Source: an uncultured delta proteobacterium (lineage in GTDB: Bacteria; Myxococcota; Myxococcia; Myxococcales; Anaeromyxobacteraceae). Taken from it: a stretch of DNA of 64,000 bases. The notes beneath the pieces were generated by a model that was not told the origin of the DNA, did not search any database, and saw only the letters and a list, made by a program, of their open reading frames with translations. A program made the position numbers and the translations under genes. The stretch spans positions 128,001 to 192,000 of the forward strand of contig CAWJSR010000029.1 of assembly GCA_963845515.1 (NCBI GenBank), in the 5' to 3' direction. This document shows, piece after piece, positions 11,675 to 22,224 of the stretch (position 1 is the stretch's first letter; each line of letters starts with the position of its first letter).

Positions 11675-12618
11675 TGCCGGCGACGCTCGCGGCGGTGATC
11701 CTCGCCGCGGCGGCGCAGGCGCCGGCGTTCGTCGACCCGCTGGACGTCCCCGCCGCGCCGAGCGGCCTTGCGGTCCGGAGTCCCCTCTCCGCCGTGGCGG
11801 TGGCCGGCGCCAGGCTCGTCGCGGTGGGCCAGCGCGGCCACGTGCTCTGGTCCAAGGACGCCGGCGCGACCTGGACCCAGGCCCGCGTCCCGGTGAGCAC
11901 CGATCTCACCGCCGTCTGCTTCGCCTCTCCCGTGCTCGGCTGGGCGGCCGGCCATGCCGGCGTCGTCCTCCGCACGCTCGACGGGGGGCGCAGCTGGGAG
12001 CGGCAGCGCGACGACCGCGACGCCGGCTCCGACGGCTCCCTCCTCGACATCTGGTTCGCCGACGAGCGACGCGGCTTCGCGGTCGGTGCGTTCGGCCTGA
12101 TCCTGGGGACGGAAGACGGGGGCGCCACGTGGACGTCCTGGCGGGACCGGACGGAGAACCCGAGGCGGCTGCACCTGTATTCGATCGCGAGCGGTGACGG
12201 CGCGGTCTGGATCGGGGGCGAGCAGGGGCTCCTCCTGAGGCTCGACGAGAGGCGCGGGCGCTTCCGGGCCGTGCGCGTGCCGTACGGAGGCACCTTCTTC
12301 GGCGTCGGGGCGTGCCGGGAGGCCGTCCTCGCCTGGGGGCTGCGGGGGAACGTCGTCAGGACCGTGGACGGCGGCGTGAGCTGGCAGCAGGTGAAGGCCG
12401 GCCTGGACGCCACCCTCACCGGGGCGACCGTCGCCACCGATGGACGGCTCGTGCTCGTCTCGCTGGCGGGACAGCTCGCCGTCAGCGACGACTGCGGCAC
12501 GACGTTCCGGACCGTGGCGGCTGGCGGACGCGCGGGCGCCTCTGCGATCGCCCCCGCCGGGCCGGACGCGATCGTCGTCGTGGGCGCCGAGGGCGCGCGC
12601 GTCGAGCCGCTTCGCTAG
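11674..12618 (+). CDS. YCF48/BNR-repeat beta-propeller protein
   Basis: Repeated S/T-x-D-G-G-x-T/S-W Asp-box motifs (SKDAGATW, TLDGGRSW, TEDGGATW, TVDGGVSW); AVGQRGHV; start overlaps the upstream stop. Confidence 0.85.
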   Translation: MPATLAAVILAAAAQAPAFVDPLDVPAAPSGLAVRSPLSAVAVAGARLVAVGQRGHVLWSKDAGATWTQARVPVSTDLTAVCFASPVLGWAAGHAGVVLRTLDGGRSWERQRDDRDAGSDGSLLDIWFADERRGFAVGAFGLILGTEDGGATWTSWRDRTENPRRLHLYSIASGDGAVWIGGEQGLLLRLDERRGRFRAVRVPYGGTFFGVGACREAVLAWGLRGNVVRTVDGGVSWQQVKAGLDATLTGATVATDGRLVLVSLAGQLAVSDDCGTTFRTVAAGGRAGASAIAPAGPDAIVVVGAEGARVEPLR

Positions 12619-12626
12619 GGGGGCGG

Positions 12627-14942
12627 ATGGCCTCGCTCGAACGATTCGTCTTCGCGCATCGGCGGCCCATCCTCGCCGCGGCGGCCGTCGTGACCGTCGC
12701 GCTCGGCGCCGTGGGCTCGACCCGGTGCGTCGTGAACGCCGACTTCGAGAAGATGATCCCGACGGGCCACCCCTACGTGCGGAACTACCTCGCGCACCGG
12801 GGCGCGCTCCGCGGGCTGGGAAACTCGCTCCACGTCGCGTTCGAGAGCACGGCAGGGAGCGTCTACGAGCGCGACTACCTGGAGGCGCTCAGGAGGATCA
12901 CCGACGAGCTCTTCCTGATGCCCGGCGTCGATCGCGCCTGGGTGAAGTCGCTCTGGATGCCCGCGGTGCGCTGGACCGAGGTGACCGAGGAGGGCTTCCG
13001 CGGTGGGCCGGTGATGCCCGACGACTACGACGGCTCCCCCGCGTCGATCGAGGCGCTGCGCCGGAACGTCGCCCTGGCGGGGCTCGCTGGCGGCCTCGTC
13101 GCGCGCGACGAGCGCTCGAGCCTCGTCTTCGTCCCGCTGCTCGATCGCGACCCGGTGACCGGGGCGCGGATCGACTACGGCGCCCTATCGACCCGGCTGG
13201 AGCGGGTCCGCGAGTCCTTCGAGGGGAGCGGCGCGCGGATCCGCGTCCACGTGGTGGGCTTCGCGATGGTGGCGGGAGCCCTGCTCGACGGGATCGCCGC
13301 GATGGCCTCCTGGTTCGCCGCCGCGGCCGCCATCGCGACCGCGGCCCTCCTCCTCTACTCGCGCTGCGTCCGAGGCACGGCGCTCGTCGTGGGCTGCTCC
13401 GCCGTCGCGCTCGTCTGGCAGGTGGGGATCGTGACGGCGCTCGGGATCCCGCTCGACCCGTTCTCCGTACTCGTCCCGTTCCTGGTCTTCGCGTTGGGGG
13501 TCTCGCACGGCGCCCAGCGGCTCAACGGCATGCTGCGGGAGGTGGGACGGGGCGCCGAGCGCGGCGCCGCCGCGCGCGCCTCCTTCCGGACGCTGTTCGG
13601 GGCCGGCCTCACCGCGCTGCTGACGGACGCCGTGGGCTTCGGCGCGCTCCTGCTGGTCGCGGTCCCCGCGATACGGCAGATGGCCCTGACCGCCGCGGTC
13701 GGCGTGGGCGTACTCATCGTCACGAACCTCGTCCTCCTGCCCCTCCTGCTCGGCTGGGCCGGCGTCAGCCGGAAGGCCGCGGAGCGGACGGTCCGGCGCG
13801 AGGAGGGCCTGGGAGGCCGGCAGGCCTGGCGGCTCCTCGGACGGCTCACCGAGCGCCGCCCCGCGGCGGTGGCGCTGCTGCTCGCTGCGGCGGCGACGGG
13901 AGGAGGGCTCCTGGCCGCGCGTGGCCTCGTGATCGGCGACCTCGAGCCGGGCGCCCCGGAGCTGCGCCCGACGTCTCGCTACAACCGGGACGACGCGTTC
14001 CTCGCGGCGCACTACGACCTGACCGGCGACCGGTTCGCCGTGATCGTCAGGACGCCACCCGAGGGCTGCAGCTCGCACCGGACGCTCGTCGAGGCGGACC
14101 GGCTCGGCTGGGAGCTGCGCCAACTCCCCGGCGTCAGGACGACGGCCTCGCTCGCAGACGCGGTCCGGCAGATCACCGCAGGCTCCTTCGAAGGGAGTCC
14201 GAAGTGGCTGACGCTCTCGCGCGACCAGGCGGTGCTCGACTACGCGGCGCAGCAGGCCGTGACGCGCAACCCGGAGCTCTTCGACGTCGACTGCGCGGTC
14301 ATGCCGGTCGTCGCCCACCTCTCCGACCACCGCGAGGAGACCCTGGCCCGCGTCGTGCGGGCCGCGCAGGGCTTCGCCGCGAGCCACTCGAGCCCGGAGC
14401 GATCCTTCCTGCTCGCGGCCGGCGACGCGGGGTTCGAGGCCGCCACGAACTCCGTGGTGAAGGGGGCCCTGGGGTGGATGACCGCCGCCGTCTTCGCGTC
14501 GGTGATGATGCTCTGCTTCCTCTCGCTGCGCAGCTGGCGCGCGGTCCTCGTGACGGTGATCCCGCTCGCCGTCACCACCGTGCTCTGCGAGGCGCTCATG
14601 GCCTGGCTGGGGATCGGCGTGAAGATCGCCACCCTCCCGGTCATCGCGCTCGGCGTCGGGATCCCCGACTTCGCCCTCTACCTCGTCTCGATCCAGCTCG
14701 CGCACCAGCGTGCCGGCGTCCCACTCGACGAGGCCTGGGGCCGGGCCCTCCGCTTCACCGGCCGAGTGGTCGCGCTGGTCGGAGTCACGCTCGCGGCGGG
14801 CGTCGTCACCTGGGCGTGGTCGCCCATCCGGCTCCAGGCCGACATGGGGGTGCTGCTGACCTTCATGTTCCTCGGGAACATGGTCGCTGCGCTGGTGCTC
14901 GTGCCGGCGCTGTCGCGCCTCTTCCTGTCCTCCGTCCGCTGA
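12627..14942 (+). CDS. RND/MMPL-family transporter
   Basis: ADFEKMIPTGHPY, LDPFSVLVPFLVFALGVSHG, IGDLEPGAPELR, KIATLPVIALGVG, QADMGVLLTFMFL; duplicated TM + large loop architecture. Confidence 0.88.
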   Translation: MASLERFVFAHRRPILAAAAVVTVALGAVGSTRCVVNADFEKMIPTGHPYVRNYLAHRGALRGLGNSLHVAFESTAGSVYERDYLEALRRITDELFLMPGVDRAWVKSLWMPAVRWTEVTEEGFRGGPVMPDDYDGSPASIEALRRNVALAGLAGGLVARDERSSLVFVPLLDRDPVTGARIDYGALSTRLERVRESFEGSGARIRVHVVGFAMVAGALLDGIAAMASWFAAAAAIATAALLLYSRCVRGTALVVGCSAVALVWQVGIVTALGIPLDPFSVLVPFLVFALGVSHGAQRLNGMLREVGRGAERGAAARASFRTLFGAGLTALLTDAVGFGALLLVAVPAIRQMALTAAVGVGVLIVTNLVLLPLLLGWAGVSRKAAERTVRREEGLGGRQAWRLLGRLTERRPAAVALLLAAAATGGGLLAARGLVIGDLEPGAPELRPTSRYNRDDAFLAAHYDLTGDRFAVIVRTPPEGCSSHRTLVEADRLGWELRQLPGVRTTASLADAVRQITAGSFEGSPKWLTLSRDQAVLDYAAQQAVTRNPELFDVDCAVMPVVAHLSDHREETLARVVRAAQGFAASHSSPERSFLLAAGDAGFEAATNSVVKGALGWMTAAVFASVMMLCFLSLRSWRAVLVTVIPLAVTTVLCEALMAWLGIGVKIATLPVIALGVGIPDFALYLVSIQLAHQRAGVPLDEAWGRALRFTGRVVALVGVTLAAGVVTWAWSPIRLQADMGVLLTFMFLGNMVAALVLVPALSRLFLSSVR

Positions 14943-14948
14943 ACCCGC

Positions 14949-15776
14949 TCAGCGGACGCCGCCGGGCTGGCGCAGCAGGTTCACGACCCACAGGAGGACG
15001 GTCCCCACGCCCCTCCCCTCCCGGAACAGCTGGAGGATCGGGTTGCCCTCGCGCCGCTCCTCGCGGGCCACGTACCGGACGTCCCCTCCCGCCGGTGCGC
15101 CGGGGTCGATCCGTACGATCCACCGCGCGAGCCGCTCCGGGTCCCTCCCCCGCAGCGCCAGGAACTGGAGGGACTCCGGCAGCCAGACCGCCATCGGCAC
15201 GAGCAGCGCGAGCGGGACCAGCCCTCCGACCCAGAAGACCGAGCGCCAGCCGTGCGCGGGGATGAGCCACGCCGACAGGAGGCCACCCAGCACCGCGCCC
15301 ACCATGAAGCCGTTCGTGACGATCATCATCGTCGCGACCCGGCTCCGGCTCGGGCTGTACTCGCCGACGAGCGCGGTCGCGTTGGGCATCATCGCGCCCA
15401 GGCCGAGGCCAGCGAGGAAGCGGATCCCATGGAGCTGCGGCAGAGTGGCCGCGAACGCCGTCAGCAAGGTGAAGGCGGCGAAGACGAGGGTGGCCACGAG
15501 CAGCACGGGGCGCCGGCCGATCCGGTCCGCGACGACACCGGAGGCGATCGACCCGAGGAAGAGCCCGAGGAGGCCGGCCCCGAAGACGGTCCCCATCCGC
15601 GCGCTCGGGAGCCCCCATTCGCGGACGAGCGCCGGGGCGACGTAGCCCATCGCCTGGAGGTCGAAGCCGTCCATGACGAGGCACGCGCCGAGCAACACGA
15701 ACACGCCGACGCGGAAGCGCCCCAGCCGCGCCGTGTCCACGACCCCAGCCACGTCCACCTCGCGGACTCCAGCCAT
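14949..15776 (-). pseudogene. Aromatic acid:H+ symporter (PcaK/BenK-like MFS), C-terminally truncated at 275 aa
   Basis: MDGFDLQAMGYVAP, ADRIGRRPVL (MFS motif A), LPESLQFL; homology ends at GTVLLWVVN in the seventh TM, a few nt from the convergent RND stop. Confidence 0.75.
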
Positions 15777-15795
15777 CGCGCCCCCCGTCCCGCGC

Positions 15796-18270
15796 CTACC
15801 TCAACGCCCCCACCGGCTCGCCCGGCGAGAGGTCGATCGCGACGCGGAAGCCTGCCTCGCGCGGGTCGAACAGCCCGTCGCAGTCGTTGAACCGCACCTG
15901 AGCCGAGAGCCGGAAGCAGCGGCACGGCGAGTCCCAGACGAAGGAGGCCGCGTGCTGCTGGACGTGCAGCGCGCTCAGGCGCCGGGTGTCGCCGGCGCCC
16001 GTGGCGTCGCAGCTCCCGACCGTCACGTCGCGCCCCGGGAAGAGGACGTCGTACCCGAAGGTCGCTGGGCCTAGCGGGAGCTTGAAGCCCACGCTGGCCT
16101 GCGAGGAGGCGTCGAGCGGTGTCGGGCGCAGGTCGAAGAGTGCGTCGACGCCTCCTTGCTCGGACGCCGGACCGCCCGCGCCCACCGAGCGGAGGCGCGC
16201 GTGCAGGTCGTGGCCGCGCCCGGTCAGGAAGCGCAGCGTCCCGCTCACCTCGGTCCAGTCGTCGAGGGCGAGCGGCGTCGCGGTCGGGACCGGCGGGCGC
16301 GTCGCGAAGCCTGCGTAGCGCGCCACTCCCTCGGCGGTCAGGGGCCCGATCGACGCCCGCAGCGTCGCGAAGCTCTCGGCCAGGTCGGACGCGCGCAGGT
16401 CGAAGTCCTGGCCCAGCTCGAAGCTGAGGAGCTCCTCCCCCGACCGACCCGCGAGCCGCGTCTCGATCGACGCGCGCCCCTGCTGAAACGCGCCCGGGGG
16501 TGCGGCGGAGAGCAGCCGCGGGGCGTCGAAGGATGGGGCGGCGCCCGGTGGCACCTCGCCGCCGCGATCCCACCCGTCGTATCCGAACGCCGGGAGCGCA
16601 CCGCCGGCGACGCCGGTCCCGATGCGCCACGCAAGCCGCGGGACGATGGAGTGCCGGAGCGCCCCGAAGCGGCGGGAGAGCTCCGTCTCTGCCGTCGCGC
16701 CGGCAGCGCCCCATGCGTTGGCGATGGCGTCGACCGCGGCGTCGAACGCGTGAGCGCTCACGGCACCGCGCAGGAAGGGCGCCAGCCTCAGCCAGCGTCC
16801 TACCGCCAGCGGGTACGAGAGCTCGGCCCTGACCGCCGCGCGGGTCGCGGCCAGCCGCTCGCCCGGCTCGAAGCGGCCGTCGAGCTGGCCCGGGTCCGGA
16901 GCCGACGGAACCCAGCCGCGATCGCCGGCGCCCTTGCCGTCGGCGCCGGCGTCGTTCGTCGTCCCCGAGAGCGGGCCGAACCGCGCCACCTCCGCCCGGC
17001 CGGACGCGAGCAGCCCCCCTGCGAGTCGCGTTGGCAGGAGGAGCGCCGCGAGCGCCGGCCCGCGGTGGAAGGTCGGCAGGCCAGCGCCGAAGAGGCCATA
17101 GGAGAGTCCGTCGACGCCCGCGAGCGATCGGTCGCGGGCGAGCGGCAGGAGCCACGAACCGCTCGCCTCCTCCACCACGTCGTCTCCGCGACGGGAGACC
17201 AGGAGCGCCGAGCGCTGGTAGGTGGCGTCTCCCCGAAGGACGTCCGACGAGAAGTCGCTGACGTAGAGGGGGTCGCCGACCAACTCCAGCTCCAGCCGAA
17301 GGTGCGTCCGCTCGCCCAGCCGCTGATCGTGCAGCCCGCTCACCGCCACGCGGGCGCCGTCGGTTCCGCCTTCCTCCGCACGAAGATCGTGGAGGTAGTC
17401 GACGCGGACCCGGCCAGCCGCTGCCTCCGCGGGCGCCCAGCGGAGTTCCAGCGCGCCCGTGAAGCCTCGGAGGGCGGTGCCGCCGAAGGCCCACCCCGCC
17501 CACGCGGTCGCGTCGGCGCTCCGCCCCAGCGTCACGAAGAGCGGCTCCACCAGCGTGACGCCGCCCTTCCCGTTTCTCTGGAGCTCGGGCAGCAGCAGCC
17601 CGGTCTGCCGCTCACCCAGCGGCACCCAGAGCCACGGGAGCGCCAGGACCGGCACCGGCTTCTCGACCAAGAGGAAGCGCGGGGTGATCCACAGGACCGG
17701 CCAGCTGAGCACGGCCCGTTCCCCGGGCCTCACGTCGGCGCTCCGCGCGCGAAGCTCCCACGACGGGGCGCAGCCTTCAGGACAGCTGCACATCGTCGCC
17801 CGCGCATCGGAGAGCATGATGCTGCCGTCCGCCGATCCGGTGGCTCGGCCGGCATGGAGCGTCAACCGGCGGCGAGCGATCCGTCCGACCTCCTCGGGCG
17901 AGCGCGCCGCCGCCAGCGAAGCGGGGTCGTCGACGAAGAAGATCGAGGGCTCCTCCGCCTCGTAGACGCCGCCCACCTCTCCTCGCAGCGCGCGCGCGAC
18001 TACCGCACGGGCTCCGTCTACGAGGAGGGCCCCCCCGGTCGCCTCCACGTGACCGGTCGCCGGGACGAAGCGGGCCTCCGGCGCGCGCAGGACGAGGGAG
18101 CCACGGCGCAGCAGCAGCCCGCCGCGGAGCAGCAGCTCTCCCGATGGGACGTCCCACGAAGCCTCCGGGGCCTCGACGTGGATGGGCGGCTGGCCGCCCT
18201 CCGTTCTGGCTGGCGGCTCCGCGGCGGCCTGCGCAAGGAGCGCGGCCGCGGCGAGCGAGACGAGTTGCAC
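15796..18270 (-). CDS. lptD: LPS-assembly outer-membrane protein LptD
   Basis: Signal peptide, OstA-like N-terminal domain with TMCSC...PSWELRARS, RQTGLLLP, beta-barrel region and C-terminal DSPCRCF. Confidence 0.75.
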   Translation of the reverse strand: MQLVSLAAAALLAQAAAEPPARTEGGQPPIHVEAPEASWDVPSGELLLRGGLLLRRGSLVLRAPEARFVPATGHVEATGGALLVDGARAVVARALRGEVGGVYEAEEPSIFFVDDPASLAAARSPEEVGRIARRRLTLHAGRATGSADGSIMLSDARATMCSCPEGCAPSWELRARSADVRPGERAVLSWPVLWITPRFLLVEKPVPVLALPWLWVPLGERQTGLLLPELQRNGKGGVTLVEPLFVTLGRSADATAWAGWAFGGTALRGFTGALELRWAPAEAAAGRVRVDYLHDLRAEEGGTDGARVAVSGLHDQRLGERTHLRLELELVGDPLYVSDFSSDVLRGDATYQRSALLVSRRGDDVVEEASGSWLLPLARDRSLAGVDGLSYGLFGAGLPTFHRGPALAALLLPTRLAGGLLASGRAEVARFGPLSGTTNDAGADGKGAGDRGWVPSAPDPGQLDGRFEPGERLAATRAAVRAELSYPLAVGRWLRLAPFLRGAVSAHAFDAAVDAIANAWGAAGATAETELSRRFGALRHSIVPRLAWRIGTGVAGGALPAFGYDGWDRGGEVPPGAAPSFDAPRLLSAAPPGAFQQGRASIETRLAGRSGEELLSFELGQDFDLRASDLAESFATLRASIGPLTAEGVARYAGFATRPPVPTATPLALDDWTEVSGTLRFLTGRGHDLHARLRSVGAGGPASEQGGVDALFDLRPTPLDASSQASVGFKLPLGPATFGYDVLFPGRDVTVGSCDATGAGDTRRLSALHVQQHAASFVWDSPCRCFRLSAQVRFNDCDGLFDPREAGFRVAIDLSPGEPVGALR

Positions 18271-18279
18271 CCCGTACTT

Positions 18280-20058
18280 CTACTTCAAAGGCTCGTCGGC
18301 CGGGGGCTCGTCGGCCGCTGGCTGGTCGCCGGCAGGTGCCGTCGCCGGCTCGGCGGTGGGGGCCTCCGCGGGGCGCTCGAAGTCGATCGCGAGCAGGTCC
18401 CCCTCCACCTTCTGCTGGTAGGGGACCCGCTGCTTCAGCTTGATCTCGACGACGTAGGAGCTCCCCTGCTTCGACGGCGTGATGAGCGCCACCGCCGACG
18501 GGAAGAACGAGGTGTCCATGAAGCGCGTGTCGTTCCGACGCGCCACCCGCGTGTTCTCGAACTCGACGCGGACGACGTTCTCGCCGATGTCCTGGACGGT
18601 GAAGCGCGGCGTCACGTCGGTGCGCACGAAGACCCGCGAGGTGCCGGGCAGCTGCCTGAAGCCGATCTCCTTCAGGCGGGCCACGGGCGACTCCGAGACG
18701 AGCCGGTCGGTCGCGCCGGCGCGCGCAGCCGCGCGCTCCAGCCTCGCCGCCTCGCGCTCCGCCTTCGCCGCCTCGGCGCGGGCGAGCCGCTCCTCCTTGG
18801 CGCGGGCCTTGGCCTCGGCGGCCTCCTGCCGCTTGCGCTCCGCCTCGGCGCGCCTGTCGGCCGCCGCCTGCTGCGCCGCGGTCCGCTTCTCGGCCGCCGC
18901 CTGCTCTGCCGCCGCCTTGCGCTCGAAGGCCGCCTGCTGCGCCGCGGTCCGCTTCTCGGCCGCGGCCTGCTCCGCCGCCGCCCGCCGATCCGCGGCCTCC
19001 TGCTTCTTGCGCTCCGCCTCCGCGAGACGCTCCGCCGCCGCCGCCTGGGCCGCGGCCTTCCTCTCCGACGCGGCCTGCTCCGCCGCCGCGCGCTTCTCCG
19101 CGGCCGCCTGCTCGCGGGCGACCCGTGCCTCCTCGCGCGCCTGACGCTGCTGCTCGAGCCTCGCCTGCCGCTCCTCCTGAGCGCGCGCCTTTGCGTCCGC
19201 AGCTTCCTGCGCCTTCTGCTCGGCCGCCGCCCTCTTCTCGGCTGCCGCCTGCTCGCGCGCCTGCCGCTCCTCGTCGGCGCTGGACGCCGCGGGGGTCCGC
19301 TCCTGGAGTCGGTCCTCCTCGACGACCGGCGTCCCCCCGGCTGGCTCCGCCTCGGCGCGCTCCTTGACCTCGCGCGCGCGCGCCTCGGCCGCCGCCTGGG
19401 CCGCGGCCTCCTCCTGCGCCTTCGCCTCCGCCTGCTCGCGCTCGCGCCGCTCCTGCTCGGCCTTGGCGCGAGCGTCGGCAGACGCCTGAGCCTCCTGCGC
19501 CCTGAGCGCCTCCTCGGCGCGAGCCTTCTCCTGCGCCTCGACGCGCGCCTGGGCGTCCGCCTCCGCGCGAGCCTTCGCCTCGGCCTCGGCGCGGACCTTC
19601 GCGTCGGCCTCCTCCTTGGACTTGCGCTCCGTCTCCTCCTGCATCGCCACCGCGGCCGCGCCTGCGGGCTTCTGGAAGCGGACGACGAGGGTGTTCCCCT
19701 CGGACTCCGGCGTCTCCGGCGGATCGACCTCGACCGCGAACGCGATCATGATGCGCGCGATCGACGTCACGTCCGAGCCGTAGGACAGGTTCTTGATGAC
19801 GTTTACGAAGCCATCCCCGACCTCGATGTCGGGAGGGACGCCCTGGAAGCGGCTCTCCGAGAGGTCGATCACGAACCGCGGTGGATCGGCCATCGAGAAG
19901 GTCGTGAAGTTCGGCGGACGCGTGCCCTGGATGACGATCGAGACGGCAGTCCCCTCGTCCTTCACCTTCACCGAGGTGATCTCGTTGATCTTCACCTGCG
20001 CCTGGGCGGCGCCGGTGAAGAGCAGGAGTGCAAGCGTAGATAGGTGGCGAGCGCGCAT
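18280..20058 (-). CDS. Exported protein with two AMIN domains separated by a long TolA-like Ala/Glu/Arg/Gln helix
   Basis: Signal peptide; FTTFSMADPPRFVIDL (AMIN); ~300 aa of repeats such as AAAEQAAAEKRTAAQQAA; C-terminal SRVFVRT...VVEIKLK...LAIDF AMIN-like domain. Confidence 0.75.
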   Translation of the reverse strand: MRARHLSTLALLLFTGAAQAQVKINEITSVKVKDEGTAVSIVIQGTRPPNFTTFSMADPPRFVIDLSESRFQGVPPDIEVGDGFVNVIKNLSYGSDVTSIARIMIAFAVEVDPPETPESEGNTLVVRFQKPAGAAAVAMQEETERKSKEEADAKVRAEAEAKARAEADAQARVEAQEKARAEEALRAQEAQASADARAKAEQERREREQAEAKAQEEAAAQAAAEARAREVKERAEAEPAGGTPVVEEDRLQERTPAASSADEERQAREQAAAEKRAAAEQKAQEAADAKARAQEERQARLEQQRQAREEARVAREQAAAEKRAAAEQAASERKAAAQAAAAERLAEAERKKQEAADRRAAAEQAAAEKRTAAQQAAFERKAAAEQAAAEKRTAAQQAAADRRAEAERKRQEAAEAKARAKEERLARAEAAKAEREAARLERAAARAGATDRLVSESPVARLKEIGFRQLPGTSRVFVRTDVTPRFTVQDIGENVVRVEFENTRVARRNDTRFMDTSFFPSAVALITPSKQGSSYVVEIKLKQRVPYQQKVEGDLLAIDFERPAEAPTAEPATAPAGDQPAADEPPADEPLK

Positions 20059-20145
20059 GGATCGGCTCCGTCTCAGATTCTGCGCGAGGATAGCACCCGG
20101 CGAGCGAACCGAAAGAAACGGGGTCCCTGCGATATCGCGCCGGCG

Positions 20146-21345
20146 CTACTCACCCAGCAAGGGGCGCGCCGCGCCGACCAGGTAGAGCGACCCGGCGACG
20201 CAGACGAGCGCCCCGTCGGCGGCGGCGCGCAGGGCGCACGCGATCGCCTCCTCGACCGACGCGTGGACGTCGGCCGGCACGCGGGGCTCCACCAGTGGGA
20301 GGAGCTCTCCCGGCGGACGTGCGCGCGGGGAAGGCGGGGCCACCAGGTGGAAGCGCCTGACCGCAGGCGCCAGCGCCTCGATCATCGCCTGGTGGTCCTT
20401 GTCGGCGAGGACGCCGAACACCAGCTCCACTGGCCGGCCCGGGTGGAGTGCCGGGAGCGCTGCAGCCAGCGCGGCCGCGCCGTCCGGGTTGTGGGCCCCG
20501 TCCAGGAGGACGCCCCCGACCTGCTCCAGCCGTCCCGGCCAGCGCGCCGTGGCGATCCCGTGGGCGATCGCCTCCTGCGAGACCCGGACGCCGGCGGCGT
20601 CGAGCAGGCCGAGCGCAGCCGAGGCGAGGGCCGCGTTCCCGCGCTGGTGCGCACCGGCGAGCCCGATCGGCCCCGCCCACCCGGCCGGCGCGACGTGAAA
20701 CGGCGCCCCGCGCCGCGCTGCCTCGGCGCGCAGCGCCGCCAGCGCTCCATCAGGCTGGGAGGCGTGGACCACCGCGGGGACCCCCGGCTTGAAGATCCCG
20801 GCCTTCTCGCGCGCGATCGCCTCGACGGTGTCGCCCAGGAGCTGCACGTGATCCAGCCCGATCCGCGCGACCGCGGAGACGCGCGGCGTCGCGGCGCTGG
20901 TCGCGTCGAGGCGGCCGCCGAGCCCGACCTCCACGACCGCGACGTCCACCTTCGCCCGCGCGAAGTGGACGAAGGCCAGGATCGTGGCGAACTCGAAGTA
21001 GGTGAGCCGGTCCTCCGGCCCGCCCCGCTCGTGCCACGGGCAGGCCGCGCGGACCTCCTCGGTCTCAGCCTGCAGCGCGGCGTCCTCGATCTCGCGGCCG
21101 TCCACCTGGATCCGCTCGTTGAAGCGGACCAGGTGCGGCGAGACGTAGAGGCCGGTCCGGTGGCCGGCGGCCCTCAGGGCGGCCGCCGCCATCGCGCAGG
21201 TCGAGCCCTTCCCGTTGGTGCCACCGACCTGGAGGATCGGTGCGGCGCGCTCGGGGTGGCCGAGCGCGTCGAGCGCTCGCTCGACGCGCTCCAGCCCGAA
21301 CCGCATTCCGAGCGGTTCGAGCGTGGAGAGGTAGTCGCGGATCAC
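20146..21345 (-). CDS. folC: Folylpolyglutamate synthase/dihydrofolate synthase
   Basis: VGGTNGKGST, YVSPHL..FNERI, EVGLGGRLDAT, LDGAHNP, GSLYLVG. Confidence 0.96.
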   Translation of the reverse strand: MIRDYLSTLEPLGMRFGLERVERALDALGHPERAAPILQVGGTNGKGSTCAMAAAALRAAGHRTGLYVSPHLVRFNERIQVDGREIEDAALQAETEEVRAACPWHERGGPEDRLTYFEFATILAFVHFARAKVDVAVVEVGLGGRLDATSAATPRVSAVARIGLDHVQLLGDTVEAIAREKAGIFKPGVPAVVHASQPDGALAALRAEAARRGAPFHVAPAGWAGPIGLAGAHQRGNAALASAALGLLDAAGVRVSQEAIAHGIATARWPGRLEQVGGVLLDGAHNPDGAAALAAALPALHPGRPVELVFGVLADKDHQAMIEALAPAVRRFHLVAPPSPRARPPGELLPLVEPRVPADVHASVEEAIACALRAAADGALVCVAGSLYLVGAARPLLGE

Positions 21346-21355
21346 GCCTGGGGCT

Positions 21356-22213
<858 letters not shown>

Positions 22214-22224
22214 CGATGTCCCTT

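Noticed and set aside
18780..19620. Tandem DNA repeats as a possible CRISPR or non-coding array
   Set aside because: They are in-frame coding repeats of the AMIN protein helix with no unique spacers, and no cas genes are present.
16156..20043. Very long alternative-frame and antisense ORFs (also 12440-15265, 26319-29432, and the 5' parts of 40103-43558 and 51798-54725)
   Set aside because: Expected in very GC-rich DNA with few stop codons; Arg/Pro/Ala-rich, no motifs, and they overlap well-supported genes.
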